Assembly: GCA_963829525.1 (NCBI GenBank)
Contig: CAWHIJ010000003.1
Location: forward strand, 1,088,001-1,152,000
Reading direction: 5' to 3'
Origin: an uncultured Actinomycetota bacterium
GTDB lineage: Bacteria > Actinomycetota > Actinomycetes > JAHEKZ01
DNA: 64,000 bases
A model generated the notes under the pieces. It had not been told where the DNA came from. It ran no database searches and worked only from the letters and a program-made list of their open reading frames with translations. A program made the translations under genes and the position numbers. Positions 23,678 through 33,155 of this stretch are shown here, piece by piece. Position 1 is the first letter of the stretch; each line of letters starts with the position of its first letter.

Positions 23678-25097
23678 ATGCGATCTTTCTCCGCCTTCGA
23701 CGCCGCCGCTCCCGCGGCCACTGTCGCGGCAGGCGAGCGCCTGCTCCTGAGTTCAGAAGCGACCTGGGCGTATCTTCTCCTGCGACCTGGCATGGAATTC
23801 GTCCGACAACGGTCCAACTTCATTTTGGGATGGCAGGCGGCCGCGGCGCAGGGTGCGTCGCTGAGCGAAGGCGCCTCGGCTGGGGCGATCGGACAAGCAG
23901 GGATACCGCCGCTTGGCTCGTGGATGAACCTGTCCGGAGCTGACCTCGCCCGCGACTCGAACCGTGCTACCCAGCAACGACGCCATTTACGGCGCTGCCC
24001 ATCTTGAGCTCGACCTGATGGGGCCGGTCGTGGTATCCATCCCGGAGGCGAAGTCGCCCACCTATTACTCGGTCGCAGTGATGGACGCGCATCTCAACAA
24101 CGTGGCTCACCTCGGGCCGCGTTGGACCGGTCTAGGCGCGTCACAGCATCTGATCGTTCCTCCGGGCTGGACTGGACGTGTGCCGAGCGACCTGCGCCTC
24201 ATCCACGCCCCCACGGTATCGGTGTGTCTGTACAACCGTGTGCTGGTCGGCTTCGAGCCCGATGCCGTCGAACGTGCCCGGCTCTGGCGCGAGGGGATTC
24301 GCCTGACGCCGCTCGCGAAGTGGGGAAGCGTGGATACCACCCCCGACCCCGTGCCGCTTGATGACTTCGTCCACCCTGAGATCAACACACTCACCGATGC
24401 CGTGACCTACCTGCGTATAGGCGCGGCGCACCTGCAGCGCAACCCGTTGGTCGAAGCGGCCGGATGGCTGTCCGCCCTCGTCGAAGATGTGGCGGCCGAA
24501 GCGTCCGAAGGCAGCGTGACCGCCAAGGAGGCGTGCGAGGTCGGCTGCGCAGCGGCTACCACGATCATCGATGCGTTGCTTACGTCCTGGCCACGGGCGA
24601 ACGGCTGGATGCTGCCTCAACCCGACCTCGGGCTGCCGAATCCACGTGTGGCGATGAGCGCGGCCTACCAGCAGTTCCAGATCGGTTCGAACGACATCTC
24701 AGAGTCCGCCTACTGGTTTACCGACTCCGATGCTGACGGTACGCCGCTGGACGCGTCCGGTGGCGACTCGTTCACCCTGCGGTTCGCCCGTGAGCAACTC
24801 CCCGACCACCACGAATCCGGGTACTGGTCGGTGACGATGTACGACGTGAACAGTTTTCTCGTCGACAACTCGCTCAACCGATATGCCACCCGGATCGATC
24901 GTCCGGGATTCGTCCGTGACGGCGATGGTGGCGCGACGATCGTGATGTCGCGCACCCTGCCGGCGGGCGTCGACGAGGCGAACTGGTTACCGGCGCCCTC
25001 AGGGAGATTCCGACTCGGTCTGCGGCTCTACTACCCCGGCAACGCGGTCATCACGGGGGAGTGGGTTCCGCCACCCGTGCTGCGCTTACCGAAGTAG
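23678..25097 (+). CDS. DUF1254/DUF1214 domain protein (frameshift near 23962; start uncertain)
   Basis: PSNDAIYGAAHLEL..GPVVVSIP, DADGTPLDASG, GYWSVTMYD, NWLPAPSGRFRLGLRLYYP. Confidence 0.85.
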
Positions 25098-25117
25098 CGG
25101 TTGGACCGAGCGCCGCG

Positions 25118-25134
25118 TCACCCGGCCGGTGTGA
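25118..25134. promoter_or_regulatory. TCACCC-N5-GTGTGA site (one mismatch to the consensus)
   Basis: Upstream of the alpha/beta-hydrolase gene; same geometry as the sites at 29063 and 31673. Confidence 0.45.
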
Positions 25135-25231
25135 AAACTGGGGTCAGGATCCTAGCTCTGTCGACTGTGCTCACAGACTGGTTGGAAGCGAGCCGCCCCT
25201 GCTGGCTCGTGCCCAGCCCGAGGAGGCCACC

Positions 25232-26965
25232 ATGGCGGTCGACACCGCCCCCGAGGTGCACGAACCAGCCCCGCCGGAGACCCCGTCGCCGCAACGGTCG
25301 AGGGTCCGTCGCGCGTTCGCACGGCTCAGCCGACCGGGTCTGTTTGTGGGAAGCCTGCTGTTCGCCGCCTCGTTGCAGCCGTCACTTTTGCCGCGAACAC
25401 CGTTGATCCAGGGCGTCGTCTCGGGGATCAGCGTGGCTCTGGGCTACGGGGTAGGCACCGGCATCCACGCCTTGTGGCGCTACCTCCAGATCCCACCGCT
25501 CCGGGGTCGCTGGCGGTCCGGTTTCCGGTGGCTGGCGATCGCGCTGGCGACGGCCGCAGTCACGCTGTCGACCTGGCAGAACGTGGGCTGGCAGAACGAG
25601 CTGCGCGAGCTGTTCGGCATGCCTCCGACGTCGTGGACCGGCTGGCCCACCAGCGTCATCGTGACCCTCGTCGTCGGGGTCCTGTTGCTTCTGATCGCTC
25701 GCGGTCTGCGCTGGCTCTTCCGGTTGGTGATCGGCTGGTTCCGTCATGTGCTGCCGCCACGCCTGGCGACCACCGCGGGCGTGATCAGCGTGGTCGCACT
25801 GTTGTGGCTGGTGGCGTCCGGTCTGCTGGTGCGAGGCTTCTGGGCCGGGGCGAGCGCAGTGTTCGCCCCGGGCAATGACGTCAACAAGCCGGGAATCAGT
25901 GCCCCGCCGACGTCAGGGCTGAGATCGGGCAGCAGCGAGTCTCTGGTCTCGTGGGACAGCCTGGGACGCGAAGGTCGTGCATTTGTCGCGTCCGGCCCGA
26001 CGGTGGATGACCTCGAGAAAGTCTCGCCGGACGTTCCGGCCGACGAGCCGATCCGCGTCTTCGTGGGACTCGAGTCCGCCGACACCGTCGAGGAGCGCGC
26101 GCAGCTGGTGCTCGACGAGCTGAAGCGGACCGACGCATTCGATCGCAAGGTGCTGGTTCTCGCGACGACAACCGGGTCCGGCTTCATCGACCCAGGGTCG
26201 GCCGACAGCTTCGAGTACCTCTGGCACGGTGACACTGCGATCGCCGGCATGCAGTACTCCTACCTGCCCAGCTGGCTCAGCTTGCTGGCCGATCAGCAGA
26301 ACGTTCTTGACGCTTCCCAGGCGACCTTCCAGACCGTGTACTCGTACCTCAGGACCTTGCCCGAGAAAGACCGTCCCAAGGTCTACGTCTACGGACTGTC
26401 GCTCGGCTCCTTCGGCGCTCAGTCGGTGCTCACGTCGATCCAGATGCTGAACGACCCGATCGACGGCGCGCTGCTGGTCGGTCCGCCGTTCCTCAACCCG
26501 TTGCACACCCGACTCACCGCCGAGCGTGACCCTGGGTCGCCCCCGTGGCGTCCGGTCTACCAAGAGGGACAGACCGTGCGCTTCACCGCGCAAGAGCCCG
26601 TGCTCGAGTCACAGCCGTCGGGTCCGTGGGGACCGACACGCATCGGCTACGTGCAGCACGGCTCCGACCCGGTCGTGTGGTTCTCACCTGATCTGCTGCT
26701 CCAGAGCCCGGAATGGCTCGAGGACGGCCAACGCGCGCCGGATGTCTCACCGCAGTTCACGTGGTCGGCCGGAGTGACGATGTGGCAGGTGCTCTTTGAC
26801 CTGACCGCCGCAGGCAGCGTCCCTTGGGGCTACGGGCATCGCTACCCAGCTAGCGAGAACCTGCCGGCGTGGGACGCGGTCTCACAACCGCCTGGCTGGA
26901 CGCAGCAGGAGATCACCGAGCTCGGCCAGCAACTCGACGCCGACCTGAACGAGACCGGCGGTTGA
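25232..26965 (+). CDS. Membrane alpha/beta-hydrolase (Abhydrolase_9 family)
   Basis: PSLLPR, WDSLGREGRAFV, EPIRVFVGL, TTTGSGFIDP, MQYSYLPSW, YGLSLGS, QHGSDPVVWFSP, YGHRY; RBS AGGAGG. Confidence 0.88.
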   Translation: MAVDTAPEVHEPAPPETPSPQRSRVRRAFARLSRPGLFVGSLLFAASLQPSLLPRTPLIQGVVSGISVALGYGVGTGIHALWRYLQIPPLRGRWRSGFRWLAIALATAAVTLSTWQNVGWQNELRELFGMPPTSWTGWPTSVIVTLVVGVLLLLIARGLRWLFRLVIGWFRHVLPPRLATTAGVISVVALLWLVASGLLVRGFWAGASAVFAPGNDVNKPGISAPPTSGLRSGSSESLVSWDSLGREGRAFVASGPTVDDLEKVSPDVPADEPIRVFVGLESADTVEERAQLVLDELKRTDAFDRKVLVLATTTGSGFIDPGSADSFEYLWHGDTAIAGMQYSYLPSWLSLLADQQNVLDASQATFQTVYSYLRTLPEKDRPKVYVYGLSLGSFGAQSVLTSIQMLNDPIDGALLVGPPFLNPLHTRLTAERDPGSPPWRPVYQEGQTVRFTAQEPVLESQPSGPWGPTRIGYVQHGSDPVVWFSPDLLLQSPEWLEDGQRAPDVSPQFTWSAGVTMWQVLFDLTAAGSVPWGYGHRYPASENLPAWDAVSQPPGWTQQEITELGQQLDADLNETGG

Positions 26966-26989
26966 ACGCTTCACCCACCTGACGGCGCT

Positions 26990-27058
26990 GCCGTGCTCAC
27001 CAGGGGTGAGTCGGATCACGGGCTCGAAACGTCGCAGCCGCTCGAGGTCGGATGTCAC
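26990..27058 (-). pseudogene. 5' stub of a truncated gene translationally coupled to the GAP gene
   Basis: GTGA overlap with the GAP stop. Reads MTSDLERLRRFEPVIRLTPGE, then runs into the convergent hydrolase. Confidence 0.4.
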
Positions 27059-27696
27059 CCGAACACTCCCTTGGCCAGGAGAACGAGGCCCAGGGCCGTG
27101 CAGATGACGCCCATGATCAGTCGGTTGCGGCGGATCAGCCAGACCCGCATGGAGTCCAGGCGTCGCTCGGCACTCTGCCCGCCGAGCAGCGCATAACCCG
27201 CGGCAGCGGTGTAGGGGGCCGTGGCCACCAAGACGAAGACGACACCACTGAGCCAAGGCGTGGAGGTGGCACCCAGAGTCTGGCCGGCAGCCAGCAGGAG
27301 CACCGCGTTCTTCGGGTTGACGAAGGTGGCGCCGAATGCCAAGAAGGCCACGGCCGCAGGCCCCATGCCTGCGACGGTCGAGAGCACGGCCGGCTCTGAC
27401 TCGTCTTGGCGGTTGCGCCAGTTCTTGACGCCGATGACGATCAGCAGCAGACCGAGCACGACGAGGATGACCTGCATGGCGGTGCTGGTGCCGCCACCGT
27501 TGCCGTCGGCCACGTTGCCACCGGCGGCGCCCAGCACCAGCAGGATGGCGGTGAGCAACAGCAGAGAGACGACGAAGGCGATCGTGTTGACCGTTCTGCG
27601 TCGACTGAACAGCACCAGGATGAGCTCGATCAGGGCAGCGGGGCTGAACGCCACACCGATCGCAACCGGTATCAGCGTCACCAGGTTCGCACTCAC
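27055..27696 (-). CDS. GAP family (Sap-like) membrane protein
   Basis: AIGVAFSP, NPKNAVLLLAAG, AERRLDSMRVWLIRRN..LLAKG; about six TM helices. Confidence 0.85.
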   Translation of the reverse strand: MSANLVTLIPVAIGVAFSPAALIELILVLFSRRRTVNTIAFVVSLLLLTAILLVLGAAGGNVADGNGGGTSTAMQVILVVLGLLLIVIGVKNWRNRQDESEPAVLSTVAGMGPAAVAFLAFGATFVNPKNAVLLLAAGQTLGATSTPWLSGVVFVLVATAPYTAAAGYALLGGQSAERRLDSMRVWLIRRNRLIMGVICTALGLVLLAKGVFG

Positions 27697-27697
27697 C

Positions 27698-29011
27698 TCA
27701 TGTCGCCTTGGTCAGCATCGCGCCGCTCCGCTGGACGCCGGGCGCGGTCCAAGACCCATCCCTGATCGATTCGCGTGGCAGGTAGGTGCGGAAAGTAAGC
27801 CGGAACTGGCCGGCCGGACATGGCAGCCAGTTGGGCAACAGGTGTTCAGGCGGTCGCTCGTTCTGCACGCGGATGGTGATCGCGCCGCGATCGTCTCGGT
27901 ACATCGAGCCGACGTCTCGACTGCTCAGGGCGTATCGATCGATCGGGTTGGCGTAGAGGTGCTGGTCGTCGTCGTAGACGGTAATCGACCAGAAGGCGTC
28001 GACCGGAGGCAGAACCTGGTCGGTGAAGGTGATCCGGTATTCATGACTCCCGTCGAACGGATGGCCGTCGGCGTCGCCCTGGTACCCGACGCCGAGGTAC
28101 TCCTCGGCAGCATTGCCGAGGATGCCGAGCAGTGCGCCGGCTGCCCTGGTGAGGTAGTCGTGGCCGAGGAACTCGCGCGACCCAAAGAGCTCAGCGGACG
28201 ACCGCACGGTCTGAGTCCGTGCCACCACGTCGACCAACCCGTCCGCCATGCCCGCAATGGACTCGTCGCGTGTGGTCGGAGTGTCAAGCATCTGGTCGAC
28301 TCGACCGGTTCCGGCACCGAGACGGCACAGCTCTTCACGGATCTCCGTCTCATCGGCGAGCACCGGCATGTACTGCAGCATCCAGTCCAGCACCTTGAGG
28401 AACTGCAGATCGGCCGGGCCTCGGACGTCACACGGCTCCATGGGCTCCAGCGGCGGTGTCGAGCTAGGTTGCCTGCCACCGGTGTACGTCGACAGTGGCG
28501 TGACGTGCATGCCGCTTTGCAGTGCGATCACCTCGGGCAGGTCCTCGGGACCGAAAAGCTGGGTGCGAATCAAGACCACGGCTAGCTCGGTCGGCACGCG
28601 AAACACCGTCATGCCGTCGGGAACGAGGCCTTGCCACTCCGGCCCAGCGATGAGGTAGTCGCCCCCATGCCGCCCCGTCGTCCGCGGCGACACGTACCCG
28701 ACGATGTAGGTGTAGAGGTCGACGATCTGTGCGGAGACGTAGCGGTCGTCCTCGTGCGCCGGCATCGTGAGCACCATGGGTTCGGCTCGCAGGTCGAGCC
28801 ACGCGTACGAGTACGGCGTGTCGACGTTCATCGCCACGATCGAGAGGTCCGAGGGGTCCGACAGGCGTCGGGAGTGGCCAATCTCGTTGAGCGGTGCCTT
28901 GAACTCCGGCGACGTCGGCTCGAGCGAGAAGTTGCGCAGGATGCGATACAAGTCGACTGTGGGAAGTCCGTAGACGAATGCGTCCCGGGCGACGGTTCGG
29001 ATTGAACTCAC
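27698..29011 (-). CDS. DUF1254/DUF1214 domain protein
   Basis: AFVYGLP, NVDTPYSYAWLDLRAEPMVL, GILGNAAEE, PPVDAFWSITVYD, NWLPCP. Confidence 0.9.
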   Translation of the reverse strand: MSSIRTVARDAFVYGLPTVDLYRILRNFSLEPTSPEFKAPLNEIGHSRRLSDPSDLSIVAMNVDTPYSYAWLDLRAEPMVLTMPAHEDDRYVSAQIVDLYTYIVGYVSPRTTGRHGGDYLIAGPEWQGLVPDGMTVFRVPTELAVVLIRTQLFGPEDLPEVIALQSGMHVTPLSTYTGGRQPSSTPPLEPMEPCDVRGPADLQFLKVLDWMLQYMPVLADETEIREELCRLGAGTGRVDQMLDTPTTRDESIAGMADGLVDVVARTQTVRSSAELFGSREFLGHDYLTRAAGALLGILGNAAEEYLGVGYQGDADGHPFDGSHEYRITFTDQVLPPVDAFWSITVYDDDQHLYANPIDRYALSSRDVGSMYRDDRGAITIRVQNERPPEHLLPNWLPCPAGQFRLTFRTYLPRESIRDGSWTAPGVQRSGAMLTKAT

Positions 29012-29061
29012 ACCCCGTGTTTACTCGGCCGCCGAGCACACTGGCAGTGGTGAGGCGAACA

Positions 29062-29080
29062 GTCACCCGCCGCGGGTGAC
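29062..29080. promoter_or_regulatory. Perfect palindrome GTCACCCGC-C-GCGGGTGAC (TCACCC-N5-GGGTGA)
   Basis: 9-bp perfect arms, about 50 nt upstream of the DUF1254 start. Confidence 0.6.
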
Positions 29081-29084
29081 CGGG

Positions 29085-31643
29085 TCAGACCAAGTCGGAC
29101 GCCTGTAGCAACCCAAGTTGGCGGGCGCGTCGGATCGCGTGGTCTCGATCGGCGACGTCAAGCTTGGCGTAGAGGCGACGGAGCCGGGTCTTGATCGTGT
29201 TGACCGAGACGGACAGCTGGTCGGCGATCTCTTGGTTCGTTGCTCTGCTCGGCAGCAACTCGACCAGCTGGATCTCCCCGGCACTGAGCGGGCTGGTGGG
29301 CTGGCGGTGACGGTCAGTTATGCCGTCGTCAGTCGACGTGCGCGGAGCGGCGCGCAGCAGTGATCGGAGACCCTCGTGCCCACGGCGTCCGGCAATGTCG
29401 TCGCCCATGACCCGTAGGCGTACCGAGATGTCGGACATGCAGCGCAGCAGTCCACTCTCGCTGGCCTCATCGGCAACGTCGAGCAACAGCTGCTGCGCTG
29501 AAGCGGTCGACCGCAGGGCCAAGGCCTCGGCGCGCAGGACGTCGAGCTCGACCGAGGCCCGTCGGGTCGTCGGGCTGAGCTTGTCGAGCCGGTCCAACCC
29601 CGATCCAGGACGGCGCAGCTGCGCAAGTCGCACCGCGAGCAGGTCTGCTTCCTGCCCGGCCGGAACTCGATCGAGCAGTCGCTCTGCGCGCACGGGATCG
29701 CCGATCGCGATGCGCAGCCGGATCTCGGTAAGCGCCACTTGGCGCCGCAACGGGCTACCAGGCGCCCGTCCGTCGAGCAGCTCGTGGGCGCTGCGTAGCC
29801 AGTCGAGTGCTTGGGCGATGTCGGACCTGGCTGCGGCAAGCCGCGCAAGTCCGACGAGCGCGAAGACGCCCAGCCCCGCGTGCGCCAGCCGTTGTGCCTG
29901 CTCTTGGGCACGGAGGACGTTGTACTCGCACGCCGCAAGGTCGTCGAGATCGAATGCCGCCATTGCCAAGGTGAGGCGACCCGCTGTGCCCTCGGCAGTA
30001 CCGGTGTCGATGCCTTCGCGCTCGGCGAACGTCACCGCCTCGGTCGCGAGCCTGTGGGCGTGACGGACGTCGCCTTCGGTGAGGGCGATCGCAGCCTTGA
30101 GCTGACGCAAGACCAGGTTGGCGAGTAGCGGTGACGGGGCCATGCCAGGCCTCGTTGCGTCCAAGACCGTTCTTGCCTCGACCACCTTGCCCATCCACAG
30201 CAGCGCACGAGCGACCAACAGCGGAGCGAAGTGGGGTCCGTTGCCCTCTTGGTCGTCACCGAACTGGGCCACTGCGGCAGCGGCATGTCGGTGCATGGCC
30301 TCAGGATCTGCCGCTGAACCGGCCACCGCCGCAGCGAGCAGATCCGCCTCTGCGAGCAGCCGGTGATGTCGAGCGGAACTGGCGCCTGCAGCCAGAAGGG
30401 CGTTCAGGCGCGACACAAGCGCATCGGCCTGCGCAGGGCTGCCACTGAGCATCTTCGCCCATCCCTCACGCAGCGTCAGCTCCGCCTCGTCGTCCAGTGC
30501 ATCAGTCGGCATGAGTTGGTACCACTGGAGAACGGCAGCGCCTTGACCCTTCTCGAACCAGGCGTTCTCGACCGAGTTGATCCGGGCGAGGGCGGCATTG
30601 ATCTGGCCGGCCCCGATGAGGTGCCTAATGTGGGCATCGTCATCACTGCGGGAGGCGTACCACTCGGCCGCATACGCATGGCGGGCGCGCTCGTCCGCGG
30701 GGGCCGGAGGACGGCGACGCAGAAACGCTGTGAGCATCGGCAGCCGTTCCCACTCCGCCGTGAGATCTGCGGACTGGACAGGCATGAGGTGTTGGTGGCG
30801 GTCGACGAGTTCGGACAGCACTCGGTCGGACCCGGTGGTTTGCCGCACTACATCGCACAGACCTCCGCTGAGCCGGTCCAGCACGGACGTGTCAACGAGG
30901 AGCCGCCGTTCACTTTCACCCAGGGTGCTCCACCAGTCACCCAGCAGGGCATCGCAGGCAGTCGTCCGCAGCCACATCTCCATCGTCGCGGCACCGCTGA
31001 TCTCCGACTGCACCAGTGCGGTGACGGCGGTGGGCCATCCGCCGATGAGAGCAAGGAGTGAGTCCACCTCGTGCGAGTCGCCGGTGAGGCGGTCGATCCC
31101 AATGGCTTCGGCGACTTCATCGGTGGTCCAGGCGAGTGCACCCTCGTCCAACACTTCAACAGGGCTGTTGCGCAGGTCCTCCCGAAGCGAGCGTTCCCCT
31201 CCGCGCGTGCTGATGGCGAGGCGCCCTTGCGGCGGAAGTGACCGGGCGACGTGCGCAAGAATCGCGAGACCGTCACGACTCGGCACGTCCAGGCAGTCGA
31301 CCACCAGCCAGAAGGGGCCCAGTGCGGCCCGCTCATGCAGAGCCGAGATGACGTCGTCCGGCTCGGCTGCCGTGGCCGGAGGTGGAGTGTCAGAGGGCAG
31401 ACCCCGAGCTGCAGAGAGCAGTCTTCGGGTGAGACGGTCGCTGGAGTCGGAGCGGTCGAGCGTCACCCAGATCGCCGTGGGATCTCCTGCGACCACGTTC
31501 TGCAGCAGCAAGGTCCGCCCGTACCCCGAAGCTGTGGACAAGATGCAGGTGGCCTGCGGTGGAGTTGCCAAGACCAGTTCGTGCAGGCGTGGCGGCGGAC
31601 CGCACAGTGAGGCGTCCGGATGGGTGGAGAAGCTGGTGGCCAC
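29085..31643 (-). CDS. MalT-like (STAND/TPR/LuxR) transcriptional regulator
   Basis: Degenerate P-loop ASGYGRTLLL, WVTLD, GWP, TSVLDRLSGGLCD and C-terminal LuxR HTH (TNQEIADQLSVSVNTIKTRLRRLYAKL); TACATT -10 box 6 nt before GTG. Confidence 0.9.
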   Translation of the reverse strand: MATSFSTHPDASLCGPPPRLHELVLATPPQATCILSTASGYGRTLLLQNVVAGDPTAIWVTLDRSDSSDRLTRRLLSAARGLPSDTPPPATAAEPDDVISALHERAALGPFWLVVDCLDVPSRDGLAILAHVARSLPPQGRLAISTRGGERSLREDLRNSPVEVLDEGALAWTTDEVAEAIGIDRLTGDSHEVDSLLALIGGWPTAVTALVQSEISGAATMEMWLRTTACDALLGDWWSTLGESERRLLVDTSVLDRLSGGLCDVVRQTTGSDRVLSELVDRHQHLMPVQSADLTAEWERLPMLTAFLRRRPPAPADERARHAYAAEWYASRSDDDAHIRHLIGAGQINAALARINSVENAWFEKGQGAAVLQWYQLMPTDALDDEAELTLREGWAKMLSGSPAQADALVSRLNALLAAGASSARHHRLLAEADLLAAAVAGSAADPEAMHRHAAAAVAQFGDDQEGNGPHFAPLLVARALLWMGKVVEARTVLDATRPGMAPSPLLANLVLRQLKAAIALTEGDVRHAHRLATEAVTFAEREGIDTGTAEGTAGRLTLAMAAFDLDDLAACEYNVLRAQEQAQRLAHAGLGVFALVGLARLAAARSDIAQALDWLRSAHELLDGRAPGSPLRRQVALTEIRLRIAIGDPVRAERLLDRVPAGQEADLLAVRLAQLRRPGSGLDRLDKLSPTTRRASVELDVLRAEALALRSTASAQQLLLDVADEASESGLLRCMSDISVRLRVMGDDIAGRRGHEGLRSLLRAAPRTSTDDGITDRHRQPTSPLSAGEIQLVELLPSRATNQEIADQLSVSVNTIKTRLRRLYAKLDVADRDHAIRRARQLGLLQASDLV

Positions 31644-31672
31644 GCCGCCAATGTAGGCGCATGAGCCTGTGG

Positions 31673-31689
31673 TCACCCGTCGAGGGTGA
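31673..31689. promoter_or_regulatory. TCACCC-GTCGA-GGGTGA site between the regulator and AI-2E genes
   Basis: Exact match to the consensus, in the divergent promoter region. Confidence 0.6.
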
Positions 31690-31741
31690 AGAGCCGGATG
31701 ACGACCCCTGGGCCCTACGCCAGCCTGGCACCGTCGTCTCC

Positions 31742-32941
31742 GTGAGTGATGTGGACTCTTTTCAGACGAGGGACGTCGAGCAGGCCCCGCCGTGGGTCAT
31801 GCCGGTCATCAGAGCCACCATCTGGCGAGTGATCTGGGTCGGCCTGGGGATGGCCGTATTGGTGCTGTCGTTGCTAAAGGCGCGCGGGCTGGTCGGCGCG
31901 ATCATTATCGCGATCTTCTTCAGCGTCGCGATGGACCCGGCCGTGACACACCTCAACGTCAGGCGTGGATGGCGCCGCGGTGTCGCGACCACGGTGATCG
32001 TCCTTTCGGTGCTCGTTGCTGTGGTGCTGCTGATCGCGGTGCTGGTCCCGGCGATGGTCACCGTCGCCGGCCAGATCGGGGATCGACTCCCTGGCTGGAT
32101 CTCGGGTGCGGAGAAGACATTCGGCATCACGATCGCGGATCCGGCAGGTTCGGGCAACCAGCTGAGTGACATGGTCAAGAAGTGGCTGCAGGACCATGGC
32201 AGCGCTCTGCTTGGGGTCGCGGGAAGCACCGCGGGGCTGGCATTTCAGGTCCTGACGATCCTGACCTTCACCTTTTACTTCACAGTGGACGCGCCGGCTA
32301 TCCGACGAGCGGTTCTCGGCCGCATCCCTCCGGAGCGCCAGGAGCGGCTCGGCTGGGCGTGGGACACCGCCATCCAGCAAACCGGCGGCTACTTCTACTC
32401 GCGTTTGCTGCTGCTGGTCATCAACGCGTCCCTCTTCTTCTTCGTGATGATCGCTGTCGGGACACCCTGGCTCGTCGCCCTGCCGCTCGCGCTGTTCCAG
32501 GGCTTTTTTGCAGAGTTCATACCGGTGGTCGGCACCTACATCGGTGTCGCTGTGCCCACGATCGTCGTGCTGGGCACGCAAGGGATCTGGCAGGCACTGA
32601 TCCTCGTGGCCTGGACCTTGCTCTACCAGCAGGTCGAGAACTACTTCCTCAACCCGCGCCTGAGCGCGAAGACGATGGAGATCAACGGCGGGGTCGCGTT
32701 CGGTGCCGCACTTGCGGGTGGCGCGGTGGCCGGGCCGATGGGTGCGTTCATGGCGATGCCTATGGCAGCCCTCATCACGTCGTTCGTGAAGCACTACGTG
32801 CGACGCTACGAGGTCACGTTCCGCTCGGCGTACGACGGTGACCTCGATGTCCCAGCGAATCGCCAGGATCGCTGCACACAGGGGAGCGATCTCCAGGCTA
32901 GGCAGCGCTCTGAGGTGGTTGCACGTCCCGACGTTCGGTGA
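31742..32941 (+). CDS. AI-2E family transporter
   Basis: AMDPAV, TGGYFYSR, EFIPVVGTYIG, YQQVENYFLNPRL, GAFMAMP. Confidence 0.9.
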   Translation: MSDVDSFQTRDVEQAPPWVMPVIRATIWRVIWVGLGMAVLVLSLLKARGLVGAIIIAIFFSVAMDPAVTHLNVRRGWRRGVATTVIVLSVLVAVVLLIAVLVPAMVTVAGQIGDRLPGWISGAEKTFGITIADPAGSGNQLSDMVKKWLQDHGSALLGVAGSTAGLAFQVLTILTFTFYFTVDAPAIRRAVLGRIPPERQERLGWAWDTAIQQTGGYFYSRLLLLVINASLFFFVMIAVGTPWLVALPLALFQGFFAEFIPVVGTYIGVAVPTIVVLGTQGIWQALILVAWTLLYQQVENYFLNPRLSAKTMEINGGVAFGAALAGGAVAGPMGAFMAMPMAALITSFVKHYVRRYEVTFRSAYDGDLDVPANRQDRCTQGSDLQARQRSEVVARPDVR

Positions 32942-32964
32942 CCGGGCGGCTATCGGCAAGGACA

Positions 32965-33149
32965 ACCCGCGGGCCCGGCATTGCTGCCGGTACACCGAGG
33001 GACATGTCTCGGCGCCCGCGGGTCGGGTGACTGCCTTGGACTCGCCGGCCGCCTCATGGCGCACCGGTGGGCCGTCAGTCGGCGGCTAGCTGGCAGCCAC
33101 CTCACGTGTCCTATGGCTTATCAAGCTTGGACCACCTCCCTTCTCGTAT
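32965..33149 (-). ncRNA. Candidate structured small RNA with an embedded 12-codon ORF
   Basis: Own -35/-10, RBS, several stems, a GCAA tetraloop, and G-U pairs that form only on the minus strand (see findings). Confidence 0.6.
33086..33124 (-). CDS. Putative micropeptide MISHRTREVAAS
   Basis: AAGGGAGG RBS, 10-nt spacer, then TTG ATA AGC CAT AGG ACA CGT GAG GTG GCT GCC AGC TAG. Confidence 0.4.
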   Translation of the reverse strand: MISHRTREVAAS

Positions 33150-33155
33150 CTGTCG

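Noticed and set aside
32965-33023. Simple intrinsic terminator of the AI-2E gene
   Set aside because: It is a branched three-way junction with minus-strand polarity (GNRA loop, G-U pair) and no U-tract on the plus strand. A secondary terminator role is not excluded.
33086-33124. tmRNA (tag-like ..VAAS ending)
   Set aside because: No tRNA-like domain or GGGG..CCA ends, too short, and the ORF has its own RBS and start codon.
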